Positions 1 through 7,029 of a stretch of DNA of 26,834 nucleotides are shown here, piece after piece. The DNA comes from a virus (Duplodnaviria > Caudoviricetes): positions 1 to 26,834 of IMG/VR virus record IMGVR_UViG_3300032219_000321; one strand, given 5' to 3'. A model generated the notes under the pieces. It worked only from the letters and a program-made list of their open reading frames with translations. It was not told where the DNA came from and made no database searches. Each line of letters starts with the position of its first letter. Within the stretch, counting starts at the first letter, position 1. The translations under genes were made by a program, and so were the position numbers.

Positions 1-615
1 AACGATGGAGGTCTGTTGGAGGTCAAGAATTTTAACGCGGCCCTCATCAATAAGTATAGCGAACCGGACGAACCCATTAAGCTGCCGGAAGCCGATTACA
101 TCCAATGCCTACACGAAGCCACCGTATACGATGTCGATCATGTCTACTTCGCTGTTCTGTTTGGGGGCCAGCGGTTCCGGTGGTGGCGGCTTGAGTTTGA
201 CAGCTTTCAGAAAGAAGACTTTCTAAAGCGAGCAGCCGCTTGGTGGGCTATGTGCGTAAACAAAACGCTACCGCCTGCCGATCATCCCGATCAGGCTCGC
301 ATGATCTGGCGGCATGATGACGGTATGCACGTTGTCGCCAATGCTCACGCTGAGACTGCCTGCGCTCAACTGAAGAAGATTAAAGAGCAGATCAAGATGC
401 TGGAAGAGCATGAGGCTACCTATGCCGCAGCTATCCAGAACTTTATGGGGAACAAGGCCATCCTTGAGACAATGGCAGGCGAGACGCTTGCAACATGGAA
501 GTCGGCCAAGAGCAGCAAACGCTTTGACGCTGATTTGCTCAAGAAATCTATGCCCAACATCTATGACCAGTTCTGCGTAGAGAAGTCTGGCTCACGCCGC
601 TTCCTGATTAAGTGA
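1..615 (+). CDS. YqaJ/lambda-exonuclease-like viral recombinase nuclease (5' truncated)
   Basis: Frame 1 is open from base 1 (NDGGLLEVKNF...). It has the PD-(D/E)XK-type LEVK motif, a Y.Q..H segment and a C-terminal TWK...RFD...SRRFLIK typical of YqaJ phage proteins; lies upstream of a RecT-like gene. Confidence 0.8.
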   Translation, partial: NDGGLLEVKNFNAALINKYSEPDEPIKLPEADYIQCLHEATVYDVDHVYFAVLFGGQRFRWWRLEFDSFQKEDFLKRAAAWWAMCVNKTLPPADHPDQARMIWRHDDGMHVVANAHAETACAQLKKIKEQIKMLEEHEATYAAAIQNFMGNKAILETMAGETLATWKSAKSSKRFDADLLKKSMPNIYDQFCVEKSGSRRFLIK

Positions 616-623
616 GGTGAGCC

Positions 624-848
624 ATGAACGTAGAAGAGAAAGAACGTGTCGCTAAGAAGCTGATCGACGTTGTGACAGGCTACACCGCAGACGAGGCTTG
701 CTTCTTCTTGGTGCTGGCTATCGACGCTGTAGTCACAGGCGCCACGCCAACTGACCGTGCTTATCATCAGAGCATGGACATGATTATCGACTACATGAAA
801 CGCGCCAAGGCCGCAGGCCGCGCATTGCCACCGGAGTTAAGACAATGA
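624..848 (+). CDS. hypothetical protein (74 aa)
   Basis: SD GAGGTG upstream of ATG; ATGA overlap with next gene. Confidence 0.7.
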   Translation: MNVEEKERVAKKLIDVVTGYTADEACFFLVLAIDAVVTGATPTDRAYHQSMDMIIDYMKRAKAAGRALPPELRQ

Positions 849-1597
849 GCAATGAATTGGTTCCATTTCAAGATCAGGAACGCATGGCTAATGCCATCGC
901 CAAGTCTGGTCTGTTTGGCATGAAAGACCCTGTAGCTGTGTTAGCCCTTATGGCTGTCGCACAAGCTGAAGGTCGGCATCCTGCCTCTGTCGCTAAAGAC
1001 TATCACCTGATCCAAGGCCGTCCGGCTCTCAAGGCTGACGCAATGCTCGCTCGCTTTCAGAAAGCTGGTGGCATGGTGCAGTGGACTAAATACACAGACG
1101 ATGTGGTGACAGGCGTGTTCTCTCACCCGCAAGGAGGCTCACTTGAAGTTTCGTGGACCTTGGCACAGGCGAAGACTATCGGGCTTGCTACCAAAGATAA
1201 CTGGCGTCTGTATCCTCGCGCTATGCTTCGCGCTAGGGTTATTAGCGAAGGTATTCGATCTGTTTATCCCGGTGTTATCGTGGGTGAATACACGCCGGAA
1301 GAAGTGGGTGACTTCAAGGAAGTTCAAGGAACTCCGGTCATTGATGTGCCACCGCCTCCGCAAATGGAACTCGCTGCTGAAGTAGAAGAGGATGGCATCC
1401 CGATCTATGTGCCGGATGGCGATAGTCAGCGTGTCTATTCATACGCAGCCGACAGCGAAGATTGGCTAAAGAAATATCGCGAAATGATCTCTCAGATCGA
1501 AAGCGCCAAGAAGCTCTCTGACGCAGAACGCGCTATAAAGTCGTCTGCCTTCCGTGTCGTCAATCAAGAAACCCTCGAAACATTGGGAGAATACTAA
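845..1597 (+). CDS. RecT/Redbeta-like ssDNA annealing protein
   Basis: AIAKSGLF...HLIQGRPALKADAM...WTLAQAK..GL..KDNW..YPRAMLRARVISEGIRSVYP....GEYTPEE is typical of phage RecT-like SSAPs; adjacent to the exonuclease. Confidence 0.8.
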   Translation: MSNELVPFQDQERMANAIAKSGLFGMKDPVAVLALMAVAQAEGRHPASVAKDYHLIQGRPALKADAMLARFQKAGGMVQWTKYTDDVVTGVFSHPQGGSLEVSWTLAQAKTIGLATKDNWRLYPRAMLRARVISEGIRSVYPGVIVGEYTPEEVGDFKEVQGTPVIDVPPPPQMELAAEVEEDGIPIYVPDGDSQRVYSYAADSEDWLKKYREMISQIESAKKLSDAERAIKSSAFRVVNQETLETLGEY

Positions 1598-1851
1598 TGA
1601 GCAATTATCAAAATCGTCCGGGCACAGGCGTCCTTTTCATCAACAAGAAGACCACAGAGAAGCAGCCGGATTACAAGGGCAAGTTCGTCTGTGATCGTGA
1701 TTACAAGCAGGGCGAAGAGTTCAAGATTTCTGCTTGGAAGAAGGACACACCGCAGAACCATTTGATTGCCATCAGCGTGGACAACTACAAGTCTGGTGAC
1801 ACAAAGGCTTGGCCTAAGCCTGATCGTGATGACAATGAGGTGCCGTTTTGA
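1597..1851 (+). CDS. small single-stranded DNA-binding protein
   Basis: GVLF.NK....KQPDYKG...ISAW core and acidic C-terminal tail DDNEVPF; TAATG coupling. Confidence 0.7.
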   Translation: MSNYQNRPGTGVLFINKKTTEKQPDYKGKFVCDRDYKQGEEFKISAWKKDTPQNHLIAISVDNYKSGDTKAWPKPDRDDNEVPF

Positions 1852-2069
1852 CCGACGATCTTGTGAAGCGGCTGCGGTCGCCAGAAGTATTCATTACACA
1901 TGGGCAAATGATCAGTCCTGTTGCTTATGAAGCAGCCAACCGCATTGAGCAACTGGAAGCGGCGCTGCGGGATATTGCTTGTACTTGCAGTACAGGATGC
2001 GGTGGACAGCATTCCGAATGTCGCGCCCGCGCCGCACTAGGGGAGAAGCATGGGGAAAATGCAACGTAA
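1848..2069 (+). CDS. hypothetical phage protein (MTDDLVKRLR...EAANRIEQLEAAL type)
   Basis: TTG start overlapping the upstream TGA, SD GAGGTG; fills the gap between SSB and resolvase. Confidence 0.6.
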   Translation: MTDDLVKRLRSPEVFITHGQMISPVAYEAANRIEQLEAALRDIACTCSTGCGGQHSECRARAALGEKHGENAT

Positions 2070-2460
2070 CAAGGGCGCAACGTATGAGCGAGAGATTGTT
2101 CATGCGCTTGTCGAGCGAGGCTATCTCGCAGCCCGTAATCTGACCCAGACCCGCGAGGGTGGTGCTGACATTATCCTTCAAGACTTCATCATTGAGTGTA
2201 AGCGTCGAGCATCTATTGCCATCTACGATTGGCTGGATCAGGCCACGATAGCTGCCAAGGGGCGTAAGCGCCCTCTGGTTGTCGCTCGCGGCGACAGGCG
2301 TGAAAGCGTTGTCATCTTGCGTTTGGAGGATTTCTTGGACCTCGTAGGAGAACGTGATGTGGAAAATGCAAAGGTTCTTTTCCCGCCTGTGGTGGAAAAT
2401 GACAAGGCCGGAACCACTGGAACAGATCATTCTGCTTCAGAGACAAAAGCAAATAGCTAA
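2050..2460 (+). CDS. Holliday junction resolvase-like PD-(D/E)XK nuclease
   Basis: KGATYERE...GGADI....IIECKR motif set, with PLVVAR and LRLEDF. Confidence 0.8.
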   Translation: MGKMQRNKGATYEREIVHALVERGYLAARNLTQTREGGADIILQDFIIECKRRASIAIYDWLDQATIAAKGRKRPLVVARGDRRESVVILRLEDFLDLVGERDVENAKVLFPPVVENDKAGTTGTDHSASETKANS

Positions 2461-2554
2461 AGAAGCTCACCGCGCTTCTAAGCATATAGACAAACAGATC
2501 AAAGCAATCACGACTATGCAACTCCGCAAGTCGGTATCAAGAATAGGTGACTAA
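2357..2554 (+). CDS. hypothetical basic protein (~65 aa)
   Basis: SD AGGAG (2346-2350) 6 nt before ATG 2357; bridges resolvase to DUF6378-like gene. Confidence 0.55.
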   Translation: MWKMQRFFSRLWWKMTRPEPLEQIILLQRQKQIAKEAHRASKHIDKQIKAITTMQLRKSVSRIGD

Positions 2555-2945
2555 GATGAATAACTCTTTGGATTACTCAGAACTCATGACAGAGGCCATA
2601 GAAACCGTGCAGTCACGCGGACTAGATTATGGCAGTGTAAGTGAACTTTTTGAACGCACTTGTTCAATTTACAATTTGATGACGGGCGAGAGCTTCACGC
2701 CTTGGCAGGCCAATATATTCATGACTGCCCTCAAAATGGCTCGCATCAAATCCAATCGCAGCAAAGCCGATAATTATATTGACGGTATCAATTATCTGGC
2801 ATTTGCTGGTCAGTTCGCGCAAGCGAAGCCGGGGCGAGTAGCTGTGTCCATGCCTTCACCGTTGGGGCCAACCGATCAGGTTGAAGACGATATAAAGCGC
2901 ATGGCGCAGATGTTCGCTCCGGTTAATAAGGAAGATCAAGCATGA
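2547..2945 (+). CDS. DUF6378-like protein
   Basis: RG.DYG.....F.R....Y......TP.Q...FM..LKMAR.......DNYIDGINY.A motif; start may be ATG 2556. Confidence 0.7.
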   Translation: MTKMNNSLDYSELMTEAIETVQSRGLDYGSVSELFERTCSIYNLMTGESFTPWQANIFMTALKMARIKSNRSKADNYIDGINYLAFAGQFAQAKPGRVAVSMPSPLGPTDQVEDDIKRMAQMFAPVNKEDQA

Positions 2946-3688
2946 AAGTGTTTATAGCAACTCCCATGTATGGCGGCATGTGCACTGGCCTATTCGCTCA
3001 GTCATTGCTTCAGCTACAGGTTGCAATGCAACAAAACAGCATTGGGGCTATGATTAGCTGCATGTTCAACGAGAGCCTGATTACCCGCGCTCGCAACGCG
3101 CTGGTGCATCAGTTTCTCAAAAGCGACTGCACTCATCTTCTCTTCATTGACGCTGACATTGCCTTCAAGGCCAATGACGTTATTCACCTTCTAAAAGCCG
3201 ACAAGGATGTGATCTGCGGCATTTATCCTAAGAAGGAGATCAACTGGTTCACGGTTGAACAGGCTGTGCAACGTGGTGTGCCGCACAATGAACTGTCAAA
3301 GCACACAGGTTCGTTCGTCATCAACCTTGTTGACTATGCACCGACAATCACTGTGCCAATGCACGAACCGCTCGAAATCTGGAACGGCGGCACAGGCATG
3401 ATGGCAATCAAGCGCGAAGTCTTCGAGAAGCTGAAAGACGTTGTGCCTGCCTATAAGAACGATGTGGTCGATCTGTCAGGCAATACAGGGCTTGGCGATA
3501 AAATCTATGAGTTCTTTGCCACCAGCATTGAGCCTGAGACTGAGCGCCTGCTGTCAGAGGATTATCACTTCTGCCGTGTCTGGCGCTTGCAGGGCGGTAA
3601 GATTTACGCCGCCCCTTGGATGGATTTAGGCCATGTTGGCTCTTACGTTTTTTCAGGCGAGCTGACTAAGAACGAGCAATCGTCCTAA
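2942..3688 (+). CDS. GT-A fold (GT2-like) glycosyltransferase
   Basis: VFIATPMY, ESLITRARN, THLLFIDAD (DxD), GTGMMAIKREVF, SEDYHFC, LGHVG. Confidence 0.85.
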   Translation: MKVFIATPMYGGMCTGLFAQSLLQLQVAMQQNSIGAMISCMFNESLITRARNALVHQFLKSDCTHLLFIDADIAFKANDVIHLLKADKDVICGIYPKKEINWFTVEQAVQRGVPHNELSKHTGSFVINLVDYAPTITVPMHEPLEIWNGGTGMMAIKREVFEKLKDVVPAYKNDVVDLSGNTGLGDKIYEFFATSIEPETERLLSEDYHFCRVWRLQGGKIYAAPWMDLGHVGSYVFSGELTKNEQSS

Positions 3689-4194
3689 ACCATCGTGGAT
3701 GCTTTTTTCTTAACCTCGACAACCCTACGCTCCCACCCTTTGCCAAAGGTAGGCCAAGTGGGCAGGCGCTTAAGGAAGTCGAGGCGCATATCGCAGAGAG
3801 CATCCACCACTTCTTCAGCAGGGCAGGCTTTAATAGCTTCAATGCTCTGAGGTCCGATTAGACCATCGGCATGAACCCCAGCAATTTGCTGAAGGTATTT
3901 AGCGGCACGACCCGTACCAGAATTGACCGCCAAATCGTAAGCAGCATAGTCCACTCCTGATGGAAGATAATCGCCTTTGATCTTGTCCCAGTAGTTTTTC
4001 TTGTAGAGCGGCTTGACAACATCAGGGGTCAAAGCCCGCATCTCACGCTCATCAACCTCACGACCGACAAACTCTTCCCAGACCTTTTTGGTCACGCCAA
4101 GATTTGTCATCCCACCGGGGTCTTTTGGGTTGTTCACAAAGCCACCTTCGTGTTTCAGAACCATCTGAAAGGCTGTTTCCCAGTTATCTTTCAT
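3685..4194 (-). CDS. endolysin, glycoside hydrolase family 108 (ZliS-like) with C-terminal peptidoglycan-binding domain
   Basis: HEGG.VNNPKDPGG.TNLGVT catalytic motif, D.AVNSG, DG.IGP, FGKGW.RR. Confidence 0.93.
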   Translation of the reverse strand: MKDNWETAFQMVLKHEGGFVNNPKDPGGMTNLGVTKKVWEEFVGREVDEREMRALTPDVVKPLYKKNYWDKIKGDYLPSGVDYAAYDLAVNSGTGRAAKYLQQIAGVHADGLIGPQSIEAIKACPAEEVVDALCDMRLDFLKRLPTWPTFGKGWERRVVEVKKKASTMV

Positions 4195-4195
4195 C

Positions 4196-4717
4196 TTATT
4201 TTTCCTTGCTAACCATCAAGTCTGTCTTGGCTTTAGAGCCAGAAGAAGACCCAAAATAATAGGCAATCACGCCTGTGAAAGCCGTCTGCAAAGCGCCAAG
4301 CATCAGCAGCAAAGCCTCGTTTCCGTTCTTAGGAACGCCATAGACGAACATCCAGAACAAGCAACCAAAGAAGCCAACGGTGATCCCGACAGCCAATATC
4401 TTGGGCATGTGGTCTTTTATTTCCATTTCTCGCTTACGGGCGCTGTCACGATCTCCGGCGCTGATACGCTCAAGATCAATGTCCAGCTCTTTCATCCGCA
4501 CTCTGAAGTCGGCGTCGATCTTCTTGAGATCGGAAAGCTGCTGCGGTGTTGCACCCTGTATAGCAGCCGTCACAGCGGCCTCGTCGCCGCTTTCGTTGCC
4601 AAGGAGGACATTCGATAGGGTCTTGGTTGCAAGGCCAGCCAGCGGGCCACCTAGGGCTGTAGCGAGGGTTGGGGCTACCTGACTAAGAAGAGGGCCAACG
4701 GCTTTCAGAATGTCCAC
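4196..4717 (-). CDS. putative holin / lysis membrane protein
   Basis: APTLATALGGPLAG N-terminus, DRDSAR.RE, two C-terminal TM helices ending YYFGSS.GS; directly upstream of the endolysin. Confidence 0.65.
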   Translation of the reverse strand: MDILKAVGPLLSQVAPTLATALGGPLAGLATKTLSNVLLGNESGDEAAVTAAIQGATPQQLSDLKKIDADFRVRMKELDIDLERISAGDRDSARKREMEIKDHMPKILAVGITVGFFGCLFWMFVYGVPKNGNEALLLMLGALQTAFTGVIAYYFGSSSGSKAKTDLMVSKEK

Positions 4718-4718
4718 A

Positions 4719-4931
4719 TTAGCCTCCTATGTTCGCCGGAATACACGCGCCACGAACTTCCAGATTGTAAGCATAGCCTCGCTTGTGCGTCTCTTTAAGC
4801 TCGACCAATGTTCTTTGACACGTTGCATCATCTTGCATCACCGTTATGGGCATGAAGTACATAACCTTGGCAGCCTGCACATCCAGCATCCAAGCAATGA
4901 GGACCACCTTTAAGGTGATCGGGTCCATCAC
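4719..4931 (-). CDS. hypothetical protein, hydrophobic N-terminus, two Cys
   Basis: Overlap-coupled within the lysis cluster. Confidence 0.6.
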   Translation of the reverse strand: MMDPITLKVVLIAWMLDVQAAKVMYFMPITVMQDDATCQRTLVELKETHKRGYAYNLEVRGACIPANIGG

Positions 4932-5407
4932 TTCACCTTTTGCTCAAGAAGGTGGATGCGCTTGTCCAGTTCGCCTCTCATCTTTTCCATATCGAACCGA
5001 ATAGCAGCGCGAGCTTGAGCAGCGTCAGCAGCCATGTCCAAACGGCTCTTATCGACCAATGCCATCGACCTTTCACGGTCAAGGGTCATCGCAGCGCGAG
5101 CCAAAGCAGCGTCACGCTCTACTTTGTCGATCTTATCGTTCAACTGTTCCCTGATCTGAGCCATGTCGATTGTCGTGCCTTGTGGCGGGATCGCCTTGTT
5201 ATCGGCGTTCACCACTACGGCAACTTTCGACTTTAGCTGAATGATCTCATTGTTAGCCCCAGATAGGGCGTTCATGAGATACACAACGCAAGAGAACAGG
5301 ATCGGGACACCAGCGAACACGATCTTCTCAACCAGCGCACCCTTGCTGGCGTTTGCTGCCATCTCAAGGGCCATTTTTTCCTGTTTGTCTTCAGTGGTGC
5401 CGCTCAT
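4928..5407 (-). CDS. single-TM coiled-coil protein (lysis cluster; possible i-spanin-like)
   Basis: TM segment IVFAGVPILFSCVVYLM followed by a long helical region; ATGA coupling. Confidence 0.6.
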   Translation of the reverse strand: MSGTTEDKQEKMALEMAANASKGALVEKIVFAGVPILFSCVVYLMNALSGANNEIIQLKSKVAVVVNADNKAIPPQGTTIDMAQIREQLNDKIDKVERDAALARAAMTLDRERSMALVDKSRLDMAADAAQARAAIRFDMEKMRGELDKRIHLLEQKVK

Positions 5408-5640
5408 GATTTGTCAGCCTTGCCGTCAAGCTTGTCGAAGATGCGCTCGAACATGATTTCGATGCGTTTCATCGTCTCAGCATATTCGTTTTTCTGGACG
5501 TAATTTGTGGGCAGATCGACTTCAATTTTATGAAGATCACGGCGCAGTTCTGAGACTGCATCCCAAAGCTGTCGGGCAAACCATCCGAGGCCAGCCATAA
5601 AGCAGCTAAGTCCTAGATTGATAAGGCTCTGCGTGTCCAT
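5404..5640 (-). CDS. small N-terminal TM / coiled-coil protein (holin/haemolysin-like)
   Basis: Q.LIN......AGLGWF.R.LWDAV..L..DL...EV.LP..YV...RIFDKLD.KADK, a pattern common in phage lysis regions. Confidence 0.65.
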   Translation of the reverse strand: MDTQSLINLGLSCFMAGLGWFARQLWDAVSELRRDLHKIEVDLPTNYVQKNEYAETMKRIEIMFERIFDKLDGKADKS

Positions 5641-5880
5641 TTAGCGGCATCCCCAACGCCTCCTCGCAGCCTTACCGCGCTCACCCTTCCAGCTACGGGA
5701 ACGGGCGCAGAATGACTTATGGCGAGGGTTCTTCTTGTCCTTGGTAGGAGCTTTGAGCTTGCTACCAGTTGCGCGGTTGTATTTGGCGCGTCCCTTCGCC
5801 GTAAGACCACCACCAGACTTGACCGATAGCTTTTCGCCACGGCCAACCGACAGTGATGGTCCTTTCTTCTTTCTAGCCAT
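5641..5880 (-). CDS. small highly basic protein (DUF6321-like)
   Basis: GGLTAKGRAKYNR.TGS.LKAP...R.KSFCAR...ARRRW.C; about one third K/R; SD GGAGG. Confidence 0.75.
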   Translation of the reverse strand: MARKKKGPSLSVGRGEKLSVKSGGGLTAKGRAKYNRATGSKLKAPTKDKKNPRHKSFCARSRSWKGERGKAARRRWGCR

Positions 5881-6038
5881 TAGCGCCTCCGGCTACGCTT
5901 TGCCGTCTTCTTAGATTGACGGAAAGCCTTTGCAGTCGGAGAGCCTTTGCTGCCGGGCTTACGCATACGTTCACCGCTACCAGCCTTGATCCGGCGGCGC
6001 TTGGCGTTGATGTTTGCGTAAAGTCCCCGCTTTGCCAT
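5880..6038 (-). CDS. small highly basic protein (52 aa; not in the ORF track)
   Basis: MAKRGLYANINAKRRRIKAGSGERMRKPGSKGSPTAKAFRQSKKTAKRSRRR*; TAATG-coupled at both ends; 20 K/R, 1 acidic residue. Confidence 0.8.
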   Translation of the reverse strand: MAKRGLYANINAKRRRIKAGSGERMRKPGSKGSPTAKAFRQSKKTAKRSRRR

Positions 6039-6391
6039 TAAACGCCCTCACCGGGGGTGAAGAAACACTCAGATGCAGCAACACCGATAAAGGCAATGTA
6101 CATGTTGGTGTTAGGGGTAAACTGGAATGGTATCGTGTATACCTTGGTAGAGGCAGGAACCGACACCAAAGCATACGACGGAACCCCATTTGCAGGAACC
6201 GTACAGGTCACATTAGCCAGATTGCTAACTGTAAAATACACAGGCTGTCCAACGGTGCCGGTCGGCTGATGATTAGCCACCAAAAGCTGATTGCACGGGC
6301 TATCAGATGTAATGGTTATGGTCTGGCTAGACGTAGTAGCGTTAGCTTTATACGTCTTGCCCTGCGCTTGAAAAGCGATGCTATTACCCAC
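6038..6391 (-). CDS. beta-rich virion-type protein, paralog of 14701-15045
   Basis: GTG start; Thr/Ser-rich; ends FTPGEGV. Confidence 0.7.
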   Translation of the reverse strand: MGNSIAFQAQGKTYKANATTSSQTITITSDSPCNQLLVANHQPTGTVGQPVYFTVSNLANVTCTVPANGVPSYALVSVPASTKVYTIPFQFTPNTNMYIAFIGVAASECFFTPGEGV

Positions 6392-6602
6392 GGCGAGGCT
6401 CCGGCTTGCTGGTCGGGCTGTTCTTGCTGTCGTCAGGACGGCCAGAATAATCCCAGACAGTCGTCAACCCACCCTGCGGCCATTGGCCGGGGGTGAAGCT
6501 GTTGCGGGGATAGCCCATCGTGTTTTTGACGGACTGAGGCTTAACGGCCTTCGCGGGATACGCAGGCTCATTCAGGTTCTTTGTGCTGTTGTCTTCCTTC
6601 AC
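6384..6602 (-). CDS. hypothetical protein (72 aa)
   Basis: GTG at 6602 preceded by SD TAAGGAG; shorter than the ORF-track call. Confidence 0.6.
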   Translation of the reverse strand: MKEDNSTKNLNEPAYPAKAVKPQSVKNTMGYPRNSFTPGQWPQGGLTTVWDYSGRPDDSKNSPTSKPEPRRG

Positions 6603-6798
6603 GGCGGCGCTCCTTAATAAGCGATGGCACAAACACGATTATAGCAAAACCGCCCGCGATTTGCAGGCGCTCTACAGTCGGTGCGTACATGGCCCAACAT
6701 GTTATTCCGAATGTCATCCATAGGGAACACAGGGTCAATAGCCTTTCGGTTAGAACGGCTAAGCTCATACGCACGATAGCAAGCACAGTAGCATCCAC
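6568..6798 (-). CDS. small membrane protein (about 2 TM)
   Basis: GTG start after SD TAGGAGG; hydrophobic segments and a charged C-terminal tail. Confidence 0.7.
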   Translation of the reverse strand: MDATVLAIVRMSLAVLTERLLTLCSLWMTFGITCWAMYAPTVERLQIAGGFAIIVFVPSLIKERRREGRQQHKEPE

Positions 6799-6828
6799 GA
6801 TGACCTCCTAATAGTCGGGGCAGGTGGT

Positions 6829-7029
6829 TCATTCTTCTTCTCCACCGAAGAAGCCCGACCCATAAGCGTCATCATTAACCTTCTGCTTTATTTTTTCAAG
6901 ATTTATTGCCCTATCAATGACCTTTAGTTTTGTATCAACGTCATCAATAACGCCACTCTCAACATCCTTGAGAAGCTGAGAGATCGTCTTTTCGAGGTCT
7001 GGGTTAATACCCTTGTCCTTCTTAGCCAT
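6829..7029 (-). CDS. hypothetical protein (66 aa)
   Basis: TAATG-coupled to the upstream 770-aa gene; SD GAGGT. Confidence 0.7.
   Translation of the reverse strand: MAKKDKGINPDLEKTISQLLKDVESGVIDDVDTKLKVIDRAINLEKIKQKVNDDAYGSGFFGGEEE

Noticed and set aside
5977-6189. 70-aa - strand ORF in the track
   Set aside because: Out-of-frame shadow of the coupled 6038-6391 and 5880-6038 genes.
6614-6832. 72-aa Cys-containing - strand ORF
   Set aside because: Overlaps the 6568-6798 membrane protein, which has a strong AGGAGG SD.
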